NCBI RefSeq assembly: GCF_009914755.1
Contig: NC_060928.1
Source of the DNA: the human T2T-CHM13v2.0 reference genome, Homo sapiens
DNA: 64,000 bases
Reading direction: 5' to 3' (one strand)
Shown one piece after another: positions 43,736-59,341 of the stretch. The translations under genes were made by a program, and so were the position numbers. Numbering within the stretch: position 1 is the stretch's first letter; every line of letters starts with the position of its first letter. The notes under the pieces were generated by a model. That model saw nothing but the letters and a program-made list of their open reading frames with translations, searched no databases and had not been told where the DNA came from.

Positions 43736-45680
43736 GAGAACCTAATATTTCTTTATGCCCTTAGTTTGAAATCTAACCAATATTGTTCTGCTTTATGCCT
43801 CACTCCCTAAGAACTTGTCAAGTTTCCTTCCAGAAAGACATTTTCTCTTCTTTGAGCTTCCAAGGACAGATTTCACATTACTGCAAGTTAAACTTCTGAC
43901 TTTTAGGATCCCAAGCTGGGAATAGTGTCTCTTTCCATAGACTAGACGATAACATAGAAATATTCTTTTGTTGCCATTTAGTTTGGGAATAAAAATGGAT
44001 TTCATTTTTATTTTTTTTTCAAAAAGTAGAAACTTCAAATATTCAGAAGTCTATTATTTTTTACCAAATTCATTATAGCAAAACAGTTTCACCTTTATGT
44101 TGGTGATCACACTGGCTTCTCTTTGAGCATCCTAGATGCAGTATTTGTTGTAAGTTCTCCCTTTCTTTGTGGCTTAGTCAAATAGAAAGTTCTAATAGAA
44201 ATGCCAGTCCCCAGAGAGCTCTTGTCCGTTACACTATGCTGTTGATAAATGGAATTAATTTATCCTCTGTGGCTTTTTAATTAAACTAGAACCTCATTTT
44301 TTTATATGAAACAGTTCAACACAATGAAATCTTCACTAATCATCAGTTGGGAACCCAGAACCTGAGTCAGATTAGAAAGAAAAAGAATGGACATCTCTAA
44401 CTATGCTTTCTCTCTCAATATTAACACTGTTAGTTCTAATAAGCATAATGGGAGCATTGATCACTCTACACAGGGGCTCTGTAAGTTGCCATAGGATATG
44501 AGTCACCCTTCAGAAGTTTTTTAATATGCGACACTCATTTCACTGATGCTTTAAGAAGCCACTTTCAACTGTATGCTCCTCAAATATTGCCAAGAACAAG
44601 AAATTGGAAAGAGGCTTGTCCTGCTATAGCTTTTATATATTCTACTACCTTCCAGAATTTTTAATATAAAATTACTGAGAAATTAACAAAGAATACACTG
44701 TAGTATTTTTTAATAGACTTTATTTTTTAGATCAGTTTTAGGCTCACAGCAAAATTAAGTAGAAAGTGTAGAAAGTTCGCCTAAACCCTCTGCCCGCACA
44801 GTGTAGTATTTTACTTTTTAAAATTCACTTTCAAAAGTAAAACAACCTTATTGAAACATAATGCACATACCATAAAATTCATCTTTTAAAGTTTTGTAAT
44901 TCCGTGTGTTCCAGTATATTCACGCAGTTGTCCAATCATCACCACTAATTTCAGAATTAAAATTTACTTTTAAAAAATGAAATTAAAATATCATTGAGGA
45001 AGTTTAAAGAGAAGGAGAAAAAATACTGATTTCTAAAACTCACCATTCAAACCAAACTCTTGTTCTTTTTTGGTGCATTTTATTTCAGCTTTTCTTAACA
45101 TCCAGATATTTTTATATGGACTAATGAGATAATTAATTATTTTTAAAATTTCTTATGAGCGTCTTTGGCTCTGTCTCTTTAAGGCTACTCAGAGTGTGCT
45201 GAGGTGTGCTGTGATTTTACTGCTGTGTGTACACATGAAAATATTAAAGTGAAGAAAATAACTTAATGGCTATGTATGCGGTGATGTGATGCTTTCTAAA
45301 ATAAACCGTCTCTCTTTATACTTGAACTTTCCAGAGCACTGTTAAAGCTTTAGACTTTTGGTCATTAGTAGTTGATAGATATCTTTTGTTCCTGCATTCT
45401 AGGGCATGAAAACAGTAAAAGCTTAAATTAATTGATAAAACTGGCATGTCTTTAGATGATGCTCTTCCCTTAAACTGAGGGCAAACTTGGCACTGGGCAT
45501 TGTGGAGTGATTTCCAGTAGCATTGATGGGAGGACTGAGCAGTGAGCATGTAAGAGGGAACAACAAGAGAAAGACAGTCAATGGGAAAATAGACGGTGGG
45601 TATGAAATGCATTTACGGAAGTTTCACAGATGGCCAAAAAAATACTTGAAAAGATGCTTGGGGGATGTAGATGAAAACAG

Positions 45681-45748
45681 TTTTTCAAGTCCATGGAAAC
45701 AGTTTTGAAAATTGTTTTTCAAGTCCATAGAAACAATTTTGAAAATTG
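45681..45748. repeat. 34-bp tandem duplication
   Basis: tttttcaagtccat(g/a)gaaaca(g/a)ttttgaaaattg twice. Confidence 0.9.
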
Positions 45749-46277
45749 ATAATGTTGAGTGCAATGAAGGATTTTGGCAAGTGGATACCCATGAACTATG
45801 AGAGTGTAATTCATTGACCCTATTAAGAAGCTTAATAGCATGTATTAAGATTCAACATCTCTAGTCTCTTAATTGAGGAATACCACTCTTAAGAACTTTG
45901 CAGAGGTAAGAGCATATATTAAAACACATGTACAAGTTGTTTATTGAAGCCATATTTGCAATAGTAAGAAGTTGGAGACAAGTTATTGTTCAGCATTAGG
46001 AAAACTCGCTAAATAAATCAAGATACAGATGGCCCTTAAAAAGTATGTGGTACCTGTCTGTGTACTGCTTAGCGCACATGTGCATGATATATTTTTATGT
46101 GATTGAGTGGAAATTACAATTTTCCTTTTATTTACAAAAAGTGCATTTGTAGCTAAAGCTGTTTATGTGTAGGGAAACTGGGGTGGAAAATATTTCACTT
46201 TTTATTTTATGTTTTAAAAAAATTGACTATGAGTGATTTTTACTTGTTTTCTTTTTCCTGTTTTTCAAGTGACATCC

Positions 46278-46566
46278 TTTTTTTTAGACGGAGTCTCGCT
46301 CTGTCACCCAGGCTGGAGTACAGTGGCGTGATCTTGGCTCACTGGCAACCACCACCTCCCGGGTTCAAGTGATTCTCTTGCCTCGGCCTCCCAGGTAGCT
46401 GGGACTACAGGAGCCTGCCATCACACCCGGCTAATTTTTCTATTTTTAATAGAGATGGAGTTTTGTCATGTTGGCCAGGCTGGTCTCGAACACCTCACCT
46501 CAGGTGATCTGCCCACCTTGGCCTCCCAAAGTGCTGGGATTACAGGTGTGAGCCACCGCGCCCAGC
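46278..46566 (-). mobile_element. AluSx-like
   Basis: Full antisense dimer. Confidence 0.94.
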
Positions 46567-47658
46567 ATCAGCAACATTCTTAAGCTTTCCAAAGATGAAA
46601 GATTACAGCAATTTGAGCTAGGCTAACAAAGTATTGTCAAGTAGAAGTCTTTGAGGAACAAACTTTAATGAATAGGTTTTAAAAAATTCTAATTAGTATA
46701 TCAGCAGCTTATATAGAAAAAGATGTTTCTAAAGTATATGGAAATAGTTTTTACTCAGATTAAACCTTCTGAAATAACTTTTATTTTTTCTAATAAAAGT
46801 ATTTTATGATCACTATAAAACATTTTGAAAAGAAATAGGAATATAAAGATTATAATAAAAATCACCTGATTCTATCACCTAGAGATAATAGTAGGCTAAA
46901 TCTTAAGACTAACTTATGGTATCAATTTGAAATTTAAGAAGATTTTATTTTCACTACAAGAGTTTGCTTCACCCTAATCAGTTTGTCTAATTGCTGAATT
47001 AGTTGGGGGGATATGTATGATATTAATGAAATTTCCTGAATGATTCTTATAGAAAAATCAGCTTTGATAATGCATATTGCAATAAGAATTAGGACAGAAA
47101 TGCTGCAAGGTAAAAAGAGGGAAAGAAGAAGGCAGTCAAGTATGTCAACCAGATTCTAAAACTTCACATTATTAAAGAAGACAGTAGACATGTCTGTAAT
47201 CTAGCCAGCAAGTAAAGAAATTTCCCTTTGTTTCTTTCTCCTGCTCTTTTGCACTGGCAGCCAGCCATAATCAGCAAGGGTCTGGCCAGGTATGGAAGGG
47301 ACCAGCACCGACCACCTGGAGCACTTGTGCTATTTTGTACCTGGAGAGTAATTCTCTTGAGTGACTCCTCACAATATACTCATACTTGTAAGAGGACCAG
47401 TTGGATTACAGAGTTAACCACCAGAACCAAAGCTTCTGACGCTGCAGGATGACTTCAGTGTTCCTCTTTTCATGATGGACCCTGGGTGCTCTGCCATCAT
47501 CAGTCCATAGATTACAGGCAGGTCTGGGCAGTAGCTTCTTGAGGTTCCTTCCTTCCTTCATTCCACTGTCCAGAGTTGCATATTGAACTGTGCTTCCAGA
47601 GGTTACAGCATTGAGTAGTTTCTAACTCCTCAGCACTTTACTCTGGCATCCTCACCTC

Positions 47659-47804
47659 CAGGAAAGGCTACATAATTTGCAGGGTCCAGTGCAAAATGAA
47701 AATGTGGAGCCATTTGTTCAAAAACTAAGAACTTAATGAAAGCACAGTGTGGAAACAAGCACTTTGGGACCGCATTGATTCCATGCCCATGAAGCTGGCT
47801 CTGC
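47659..47804. mobile_element. MER45A-like hAT-Tip100 element
   Basis: ggctacataatttgcagggtccagtgcaaaatgaaaatg...cccatgaagctggctctg. Confidence 0.75.
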
Positions 47805-48301
47805 CCACCTTAACCTTACCTCCTGACCAGAAGTAACCTATCACCAAGAACAGGCACATAGCTAGTACCTCCAATCCTCGTTTTCTTTGCTGAGTTCATC
47901 TAGTACCTGCCTCCATACAAGGCCACTGGCCTTCTAATCCCTGGGACAAAACTGCTGTTTGAGAATGAAAGAAATGTGTCCTCTGTAGACAGATGCAGCC
48001 CCCTGGGCCCATGACTTGAAGCCTTGTGCATATTCAAAAAAGACTGCCCTTCTTTCAGATGGACACAGCCCTGTGCTGGGGCATGTAGCTGGCACTTGGT
48101 GAATGGCAGGCAAGCTGGATTCTACCTGCCTCCAGCATTCTTGGCTAGGCATCCTCATGCAGGGAACAGTCTACATGATCCCACACAATCGCCTTGAGCA
48201 AGGAACAACCTGGTTGGTCCATTGCCATGGAGTGGCCAGATTGCTGAGCTAGTAGAGATCCATTAGACTCTCCTTCTGTTTTTCCATTCCAAGTTGGTGG
48301 G

Positions 48302-48662
48302 TGTCTTGGTCCATCTTGTGCTGCTATAACAGAATACCCACAGACTTTAACTCGAAAAGAAAAGAAATTTATTTCTTACAGTTCTGGAGGCTGGGAAGTT
48401 CGAGGTCAAGGGGCCTGCATCTGATGAGGGCCTTCCTGCCGCATCATCCCATGGTAGAAGGCAGGTGGGCAAGAAAGCACATGAGCAAGACAGAAGGGGT
48501 GGAACTCATCCTTTTGATCAGGAACTCTCTTGATAATGGCATTAGCCCACTCATGAGGGCTTAGCACTTATGACCTGATCACCTCTTAAAGATCCCACCT
48601 CTTAATGCCATCACAATGGCAATTTAAACATGAGTTTTGGAAGGAACATTCAAATCATACCA
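48302..48662 (-). mobile_element. MST-type solo LTR
   Basis: tgtcttggtccat...gctgctataacagaatac...cattcaaatcatacca; TSD gtggg. Confidence 0.88.
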
Positions 48663-48891
48663 GTGGGGTTTTAGGTTTCACTCCTAGGATGATATACTTT
48701 TCAAGAAAGAAAAGAACTTAAAGAAATAAAAAGAGCAAAGTGGATCATTATAATCTTTCTAATCTTTTGCAGTTCCTGGCTAGCTTTACTTGAGAGTAAG
48801 CAGGGAAAGGTGAGGATTGAGGTAAGAGAAGAAAAGAAGTAAAGTCAGGTCTTGAGAGGCTTTTAAAACTGGATTCTGACATTAAAAATTA

Positions 48892-49335
<444 letters not shown>

Positions 49336-49654
49336 TTATATTAGGGTAGCAGGAGAGTCATGCTGAGTTACTATTTGACCATCTGGCCTGGTATTCAGAC
49401 TGCAGTAAAGCCAAAGAATGGGTTGAGGTGGTACAGAGACCACTGGGATATACCTTAAAAGAGCCACAGTTGTCCAAAATGGAATACCAAGCGTGCCCCG
49501 ATAAACTGTTCTAAGCAATTTTACAATCCGGTTAAATGTTTTTTTTTTGTATGTGTGTGTGTAAGTACAAACATGCATATATGTGTGTGTGTGTTGGGGA
49601 GAAGGCTGAGAGTTGAGACCAGTACTCCATTTTAGAAAAAAGTACTTGTTTATT

Positions 49655-49798
49655 TTTTAAAAAGTATTTATTTGTTTATTTAGAGACAGGGTCTCACTAT
49701 GTTGCCCAGGCTGTTCCTGAACTGCTGGGCTCAAGTGATCCTCTCGCTTCAGCCTCCCAAAGTGCTGAGATTACAGCCATGATCTACCATGCCTAGCT
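49655..49798 (-). mobile_element. FLAM_C-like monomer
   Basis: Single antisense left arm. Confidence 0.88.
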
Positions 49799-50589
49799 GA
49801 AAAAACTACTTTATTTTATTTACTTAAGTCCTCAGATTTGTTTGTCATTTTTAATGTTAAAAATTCAGAATCTATGATTTTGAAACAGATTTTGGTAATC
49901 CCGTAGCTCAGTATTCTACCCATGGACTTAGAGATATTCTGTGTGAACAGATTGATATAAAAAGATATATGTGTGTATGTGTGCTTGCTTCCCTTTTCTC
50001 TAGATCAATCTGGAATTTATAGAAATATGGGACTTTCACCATGAAAAGTATTTAAAGCCGACTAGAAAGATATTTTCTTTGATTTTTATTTGGAAGCATC
50101 CTTTTCCTCTTCCATATTGCTTTGTTCCTGATAAAATAACCAGTTCTCTAGGTTAGAATGAATTAATATGTGCCCGTTTTCCCTGTTAGGCTGTAAGCTT
50201 GACCATGAAGAGCAGAGACTGAAAATAACAGTAGCATAAATAACATAATTTATTTCTCTCTCTTATAACAGCTCAGGGACAATCTGGTGGCTTCACTCCA
50301 TAAGGACATCTGGGACCCAGGTTCCTCACTCATGTGGTCCAAAATGGCTTGCCACTGCATGCGTGCCCTGAGAAGCAGGATGAAGCAAGGGAGGAAAAAC
50401 AATATATGCCTTCCTTTAAGCACACATCCTGGAAATTGCCTGTATCCCAGTCATTGGAACTTAGCCATAAACGTAATGGCAGACAGCCAGGTGCCCAGCT
50501 ATAAATCATGGGTGTTTAACATTATTGACAGCCGTCCATCTCTGTTACACTTATCTTTGACAATATGTTCTGCTCATCACATCACTTTT

Positions 50590-50759
50590 TATAGGAGATA
50601 AACAAAACCTGGTCTGTTTTGGACCTATTTGCTTCCTTAAAGTTCCAGTTAGATGATGTTGCATTTAACGTGAGTCCATTTTGGTTTGGTTTTGTCTGTC
50701 GGGGCCTAGTGCACAAGCTCAGTCCAAAACAGTGGCCTCCCATACTTTTGTTTAAAAAT
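50590..50759 (-). mobile_element. Partial ERV1 3' LTR (MER72-like)
   Basis: On the - strand it follows the polypurine tract aaaaggggagaa and begins ttttaaacaaaagtatgggaggccactgttttggactgagc. Confidence 0.65.
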
Positions 50760-51762
50760 TCTCCCCTTTTGGTCACGTTGTCCCTTAGGTGAGAGTGTAA
50801 CCAAAACTGAAGGCTTTACTGCCACTCTCATGTATCATCATTTTGGGTTTACGGTCTCAGCACATCATTCATAAGTTACAGTGTCCTCATGGTCGCACAT
50901 TTCTTTGTTTTTCTTTTTCCAGTTGAAGAGACACCATTTAACATTCTGGAGATGGCTACATGCAAACATTTAAAACTTGTAAGAGAATACAGTGCACCAG
51001 GGGGACTACTATTATGACTGTCTGGAGGATAATACCACGAGTTTGGAGTATGCTTCTTAGCCAGGGTCCCCTTGAACTAAACCAACTAAAATAAAATAGA
51101 TCAAAGAATGAGCTAGATAAGGAGTCTGCTCATTAAGAAACAAAAACAAAAACCAGCCTGTTCAATTCCTTACAACTGAATCTCTGTAACACCCAACATA
51201 TTCCTCCATGTGCAACTATAAGTATCAGCAACTGTACAGACACCTCTGTTTAGCCAGTAAGTAATCTAGAGTAATTCTATTATTTAGCACAACTTTAGCA
51301 AAAGAATTTAAAACTATAGCCTTTACAGTAGAACCTGTTATGGAGCCTATGATGAGAGGTAAATTTCTAATCATTGCTTCATTTACTCCAAACCATGGAG
51401 AAAGAGACCTAACATGTGCTGCCTATCCAGGAGAGTGAAGGCCTCCTGGCAATGTTCTCTTTAACCTGTGATGTGGGTTAAGGGGAGTGGACCAGTATTC
51501 TTACTGATTATGAAGCAATAAAGGTACCATTAAAGTTTCTTGGCCACAGTGGCCCTTTATCTCCCATCTATCAAGGCATAAGGTTGTCCATGTATACAAC
51601 TGGCTGCAAAATCCTCCACAAATAAAAGTATAATCCATGAGTACACACACGAGACCCCTTTTTCAGGTCTATTCATAGAGGCTAAGCAAGGAAAAAATTG
51701 AGAGATAAGAGTTCTCATGATAGCAGAGAAGTCTTTTGTTGATACATTTTTAAAACTTGTTT

Positions 51763-51766
<4 letters not shown>

Positions 51767-51802
<36 letters not shown>

Positions 51803-52133
51803 TTATTTTATTTTATTTTTTCATTTATTTTATTTTATTTTATTTTATTTATTTATTTTTTTGAGATAGGGTCTTCTTGCTCTGTCACCCAGACTGGAGT
51901 GACACTGTCTTGGCTCACTGCTGCCTTGACCTCCTGGGCTCAAGTGATCCTCCTGCCTCAGTCTCCCAAGTCACTGGGACTGCAGACACACCATGCCTGG
52001 TTAATTAATTTTTTTTTTTTTTAGAGATGAGGGTCTCACTATGTTGCCCAGGCTGGTCTCTTGGCCTCAAGCAATATTCCTGCCTCGGCCTCCCAAAGTG
52101 CTGGAATTACAGACGTGATCTATCATGCTGACT
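51767..52133 (-). mobile_element. AluJ with (TA)n / TTTTA tail inside the ERV
   Basis: Antisense dimer; TSD gcagagaagtctt at 51723-51735 and 52134-52146. Confidence 0.88.
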
Positions 52134-54242
52134 GCAGAGAAGTCTTGATTCATGATCTTTGGAAAAAGCTGTTCATGTCTGGGATGCCATCTGCTTCTGG
52201 GGAGAAGCTTCCCTGGTTAACTTTACCTTAAGGTCTCCAATGGACATACAGTTCCTAGAGTCTGGATGGGCCCTTCTGAGCTGTGAGATTACAAACCCAA
52301 GGTTCAAGGTCCTGAGTTTTGCTGCAGTGTGAGTAGCAAGGGCAGTCTTTCTCTGATGACATTCTCAGAAGACCCAATCTCCAGGTTCTAGATTGTGAAG
52401 GGATTCGATTGTTCTCAGTCAGTGGACCATAAAAAGCTTTCTTTACCTGGTGAAAATACACTTTGACATATGCATTAAAGCATTCCAGCATTTTGTTATG
52501 TCAGAGTTTAGTAGCAGAAGGTACAGGAGAATCTATTATTAGGTACACAGGCCTTCTACACATATCAGAATTTTAGGAATCTCATATAGTTTTGCAACAT
52601 ATATTAACAACGTATTCACTAAAATACACCTTAAAGAAGGTTAAACATCATTTATTATTTGGCAATGCTTTCCATATGATTTAACATATCAATCCCGTTA
52701 ACTCTCTTATGGAGGCTTCAGGGGCTCTCTGTAGTATTCTAAAATTCAAGGTCAAAAGAGACTTAATTTTGAAGTGGAAATTTGATTTTGGGAAGCCTGT
52801 CAAACAAATATAAAAGGTTTAAAACACTTGATCAAAATAGGGTCACAGGTCATCATAAAATAGTAGTCATTTATTTAGGTAAAGTGATAACGAAAAGATT
52901 TTAAAAAGCAAAAACATTACTCTCTGATAGAGGAGACGCAGTTTTCCAAACAATCTAAAGACCTGAGAAAGACAGCGTGAGGCAGAATCTGTCTCTCTCT
53001 CTCTTTTTTTATTTTTTGCAGTTTACTCAAAAGGTAAACAAAAATATCTTGCTATCACTATTAACACTATAAGAAATTTTTGTTCAAAAGAGAAAACCAA
53101 ATTTTACTTTTGCATTAGTGTATTATCAATAAAGCTAATTTTAATAAAACCTTATAAACAAACTCATTCAATGTCAGTCAGCTTTTGACCACACCAGATT
53201 CCCATAACCCTTTTATAATCTCGTACAATTAAAAATTTTTTCAACTTTTTATATTTTAATTTTATCTACATTCCTTTTATTCCTTCAATTTGAAACAACC
53301 TTTAAGTAACTTAAGTAACCTTTAACTAACTTCAAACTGGACAAACTTCAAACTAGGCAACTCTAGTAACTTCGCCTAGACAAATTTTTTTTTAACAAAC
53401 ATACATTTTATGCCTTTATAACTTCCATCATCAAAAGCATATCTTGCTTTTATATACTATACAGAATTGTTTTTCTTACATCTAGTTGTTTTAATTACAT
53501 ATATTAACTACATGAACTCTTTAACCCTAGTTTTTAGTGAAATCCCTAGGAAGTAATTTTGAACTGTTTTATATCAGTATTTGCAGATAAAAATTATTAA
53601 ATTATTCTATAAATTTTAGAAAGATGTTTCTTCCTATATTTTATTAACAGACGTAAATATATTTAGCTTCTCTATACCATACAAAAATAAGATGCCAAAC
53701 TATATAAACTTAAACTTAGGTTTGGTAATTAATGTTTTAATATTTTTTAACTTACAAATGACTCCCATTTTATGATTATGCTTTAACATAACATCACTTT
53801 AAGATTTAAAATTACTGAAAAACATTTTGAAAGTAGGACACAGGTACCCTCCCTAATGTCTTTTCCAGTCCTCCTGACTCACAGGTAGTCACGCAGCATC
53901 CAAGGTGGCTATGAAGGGCAGGGCTTATCTGAGTCCTGAATTTACATGCCAGGAGAAGAGCTCAGGACAGAAGACAGAGCTGTGAGGTCGATGCCCTGGA
54001 GGATCCAACCCCTCTCAGAATATCTGGGGCCAAAGCTCAGGCAGGAAGAAGGGGTCATAATGGGCTTGACTCTGACTTGTAGCTGCTGGTTGAGGCACTG
54101 AGAACGTGTTTCCAGACTTCACCATGGCTACCTATGCAGAACTCTTAATTCAGAGGCTAAAAACTAGAAACACAAGATCACAGTCAAATCAAGCAAGTAT
54201 AAAATTATGTTTAACAGATAATTTTGAAACCATTCCTATTTT

Positions 54243-54333
54243 TAAAAATACCTTAACCTTTATTTTAGGTTCAGGGATATATGTGCAGGTTTGTTATATA
54301 GGTAAACTCGTGACTTGGGGGTTTGTGTACAGA
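54243..54333 (-). mobile_element. Short L1PA 3' end
   Basis: ttttaggttcaggg...atgtgcaggtttgttatataggtaaact; TSD ccattcct(a/g)tttt. Confidence 0.8.
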
Positions 54334-55229
54334 TCCATTCCTGTTTTAGCAACAATTTAAAAACTAGCTATATTTACCACATATAATCACATATGCATAA
54401 CATGTATAGACATAACAGACACATAGACAGAAGCAGATCTTACAGATTTGTAAGATTCCTCATTTGCCACTTTTCAAAGTTTCTTCCCACTGTCAATCTC
54501 TTGATTACCTCTTTTATGCTTAAAACAATTGTTAGGGAGGCAACTCTAAGTTTGCAGCTTTAAAGAGAGGACACAGGCAAAACAAGGTAAAAGTTTACAT
54601 CTCAAAGCACAGAACTTAGATTTAAACAAAGGCAAGGTTTGTTAGGTAAACATTAATCCATTGTCTTCCCCATAACTAAAGTTCCTAGTAGTTTAGGTTT
54701 AGAGACAGAGATACCCTTACAAATGAAGATTTCCTTTATAGATGTAAATTTCTTTTACAAAACGATTTGAAGATTGCCAGTTAGATGAGTTAAAGGTGTA
54801 TTTGAGTTCTATAGGTGGTCTCTTTAACTTAGCTGTAATTACTGAGTTTAGGGTGGTGCCCATTAAGGAACAGAGCAAAGGAAGAGTTCTCCATGCCTGG
54901 TCTCTGCATGTATAGATCTGAAAAAGAAGCAAGCTCACTTTACCCTAAGGGCTACCTTTTATGAACACTTTATCTAGAATAAAGCATTTTATTTGCCTTT
55001 CTTGAAGAGTCTTTAAAAAATATTAAAAATATTGAAATCTTTTTAGACACTTCTGCATATCAGTAGGCATCCCTAGATGAGACTAATTTGGGAGCCCTCG
55101 TTTTCAAATGCATTTCTTCAAGTTCAATGTTGTGCATTTGTAACATTCCATTGTAATTTTAAATGACCTTTAGTAAGATTTTGCCATTTCTAAAGCAATT
55201 ACTGCTTCCAGGGCCTACTATAATACTTA

Positions 55230-56579
55230 TGTCAGAGGCATTTGGACCAGAGCAACTCCATCTTGAATAGGGGCTGAGTAAAATGAGGCTGAGACTGACA
55301 AAGGATTTTTCCCAGTCACTTTGCAAGCTGGGAACCTCTGGCCAGCAATGCCCCTGCCCAGGCCTAGCTTGGCCATACTGCCTCCTGCAGGAGGAGGCCT
55401 GCCCACTCCGCCTGCCCAGGCCATGCCTGGCTTGTGCACCAGCTCAGCCCATGGCTGTTCCAGGTGTGCCCCAGCCTGCCTTTGTTATAGCCTGTACCCA
55501 GCTTTGGCAGTTCCTGAGTTCTTGTCCCACATCCAAGAAGAATGAGTATACGCTGACAATTGAAGAGTTAGGAAGGTAGAGAAGAATTTTATTGAGCAAG
55601 GAAACAGCTCTCAGCGGAGAGGGGATGTGCAGGGGTCAGCCACCCATGGTCGGGTGGTTTCTCCCCCAGTGCAGCTGAGTCCGGGGCTTTTATGGGCTCA
55701 CAATTGGGGAGCGCGTGCTGATTGGTTTGTGAGTATGCAAGAAAGGTTAAAACAAAGGCACAACTAAATGTGGGCATGACAGTATAAAACACCAATTAGG
55801 GAAGGATAGGTATGTGTAAAACAGGGGAAGGATGGGGATTAATTAGAGGAAAGCATGACAAATGGGAAGACAGGCTCTCAATCTGGTCCATGGATTTGAC
55901 TTGTAGCTTGGCTTTCAGGCTTTAAACTGTCTTTGGCCTGGAGGTGGGGTTTCACTGGGGACCTGCCCCAATCTGCCTAGGTATTTGAGTGCCTCCTGCC
56001 ACTATCAAGACCTGCTGGGCTGTATCCCCAGGAGGCTATTCATTTTTAGTCACAGGATGAGCTAGGAGGTTGGCACAATATACAGGTCACAAAGACCCTG
56101 CTGATGAAATGGGATGCAGTAAAGAAGCCAGCCAAAACCTGCCAGAACCAAGATGGCGATGAGAGTCACTTCTGGTCATCCTCACTGCTCATTATATGCT
56201 AATTATAATACATTAGTATGCCAAAAGACATTCCCATCAGCACCATTATAGTTTACAAATGCAATAGCAACATCTGGAAGTTACCTTATATAGTCTAAAA
56301 CAGGGAGGAACCTGCAGCTCCAGGGATTTCCCACCCCTTTCCTGGAAAACACATGAATAATGTACCCATTGGTTAGCATATAATCAAGAAATAACCGTAA
56401 AAATAGCCAACCAGCAGCCCTTGGGGCTGTTCTGTCTATGAAGTAGCCATTCATTTACTCCTTTACTTTCTTAATAAACTTACTTTCACTTTACTCTGTG
56501 GACGTGCCCTGAGTTCTTTCTTGTGCAAGAGGCAAGCACCTTCTCTTGGGGTCTGTATCAGGACCCCTTTCCAGTAACA
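55230..56579 (+). mobile_element. MER41(B)-like solo LTR, split by a nested LTR
   Basis: tgtcagaggcatttggaccagagcaactccatcttgaatagggg...ggacccctttccagtaaca. Confidence 0.88.
55296..56007 (-). mobile_element. LTR27/LTR28/MER52-group solo LTR nested in MER41
   Basis: - strand starts tgatagtggcaggaggc; TG...CA ends; 4-bp TSD agac. Confidence 0.8.
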
Positions 56580-57144
56580 CTTCCACATGTAAATGTAGGC
56601 ATAGCTGGACAGTGGAGTAGTTAATTCTTTTGAAATTATGGATCTCATTTTTACCTTGAATCTTGGCTTGGGCTCTCAGATCCCCTTGATCAACTTAGCC
56701 AATGATTTTTCCCTACCAAAGTACACACAAAAAAAGAAACAAAGGGGGGAGAACACAAAAATACCTGCAGATTTCCAAAGCCTAAGTTTGCCACCCCTGC
56801 AATATTGCCATTTACTACCAGTTTCTGTCTGACCCAGTTAGATATCTAAGGCCTATAAATGGATCCAAGCCAGTTAATTATTGGATCCAATCTGATCCTG
56901 GACTTAGTCCAGTTTCTGTCATGACTTCCAAACCCAGTTTGCATCAGAAGTTTGCTCAAACAAACTCAGAGAACTCACAACACAAATCTGTGGAGTTTTG
57001 GAATCCAAGAGAGAGCTTACCGTGCCCCAGTTGCTGCACAAAAGCAGTGGACACCATGGGCCTAGCAGGTAGCCTGTCTTGGCCATTCAGTGCTCCTGGA
57101 GGTCTCTGTAAGCTCTACTTTGGATCTCACTTCAGATGCCATCT

Positions 57145-57915
<771 letters not shown>

Positions 57916-58333
57916 ACTGAATGACCAACTGAAATACGTTTTTAGGAGAACATCCAGTAAACCTGAAGATAATAAGAAAGCCTGAATGGTCTCATTCAGG
58001 GTAGAAAGGGTGAGAAACAGATTGGTAAGACTCAGGTAATTTTCTCCTTGCTGTGAATTTCTTGTCTTAGTCCATTCAGCTGTTTTAACAAAATACCATC
58101 CTGGGTGGCTTATAAACAACAGAAATTGATTTCTCACAGTTCTAAAGGCTGGAAAATCCAAGATCAAGGCACTGTCAGATTTGGTGTCTGGTGAGGGCCT
58201 GCTTCCTTGTAGATGGCCATCTTCTCACTGTCACTCCACATAATGAAAGGGGTGAGAGGGCTCTCTCAGATTTTTTTTGTAATTAAAAAAAAATAACAAA
58301 CCTGCACATGTATTTTTTTATTTAAAAAATATA

Positions 58334-58720
<387 letters not shown>

Positions 58721-58751
58721 ACAGTTATTTTTTTTTAAGAGACAGTGTACT

Positions 58752-59341
<590 letters not shown>

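Larger units (their letters stand above)
50760..57144 (-). mobile_element. ERV1 MER4-group internal region (non-coding, degenerate), with nested insertions
   Basis: Bounded by a PPT at ~50760-50771 and a tRNA-Leu-like PBS (TGGCATCTGAAGTGAGAT on the - strand, 57125-57142); no gag/pol ORF. Confidence 0.75.

Noticed and set aside
45681-45748. CRISPR-like repeats (34-bp units here and at 57675-57742; 32-bp pair at 30228/32315)
   Set aside because: Only two copies each, no spacer array, no cas genes, eukaryotic context.
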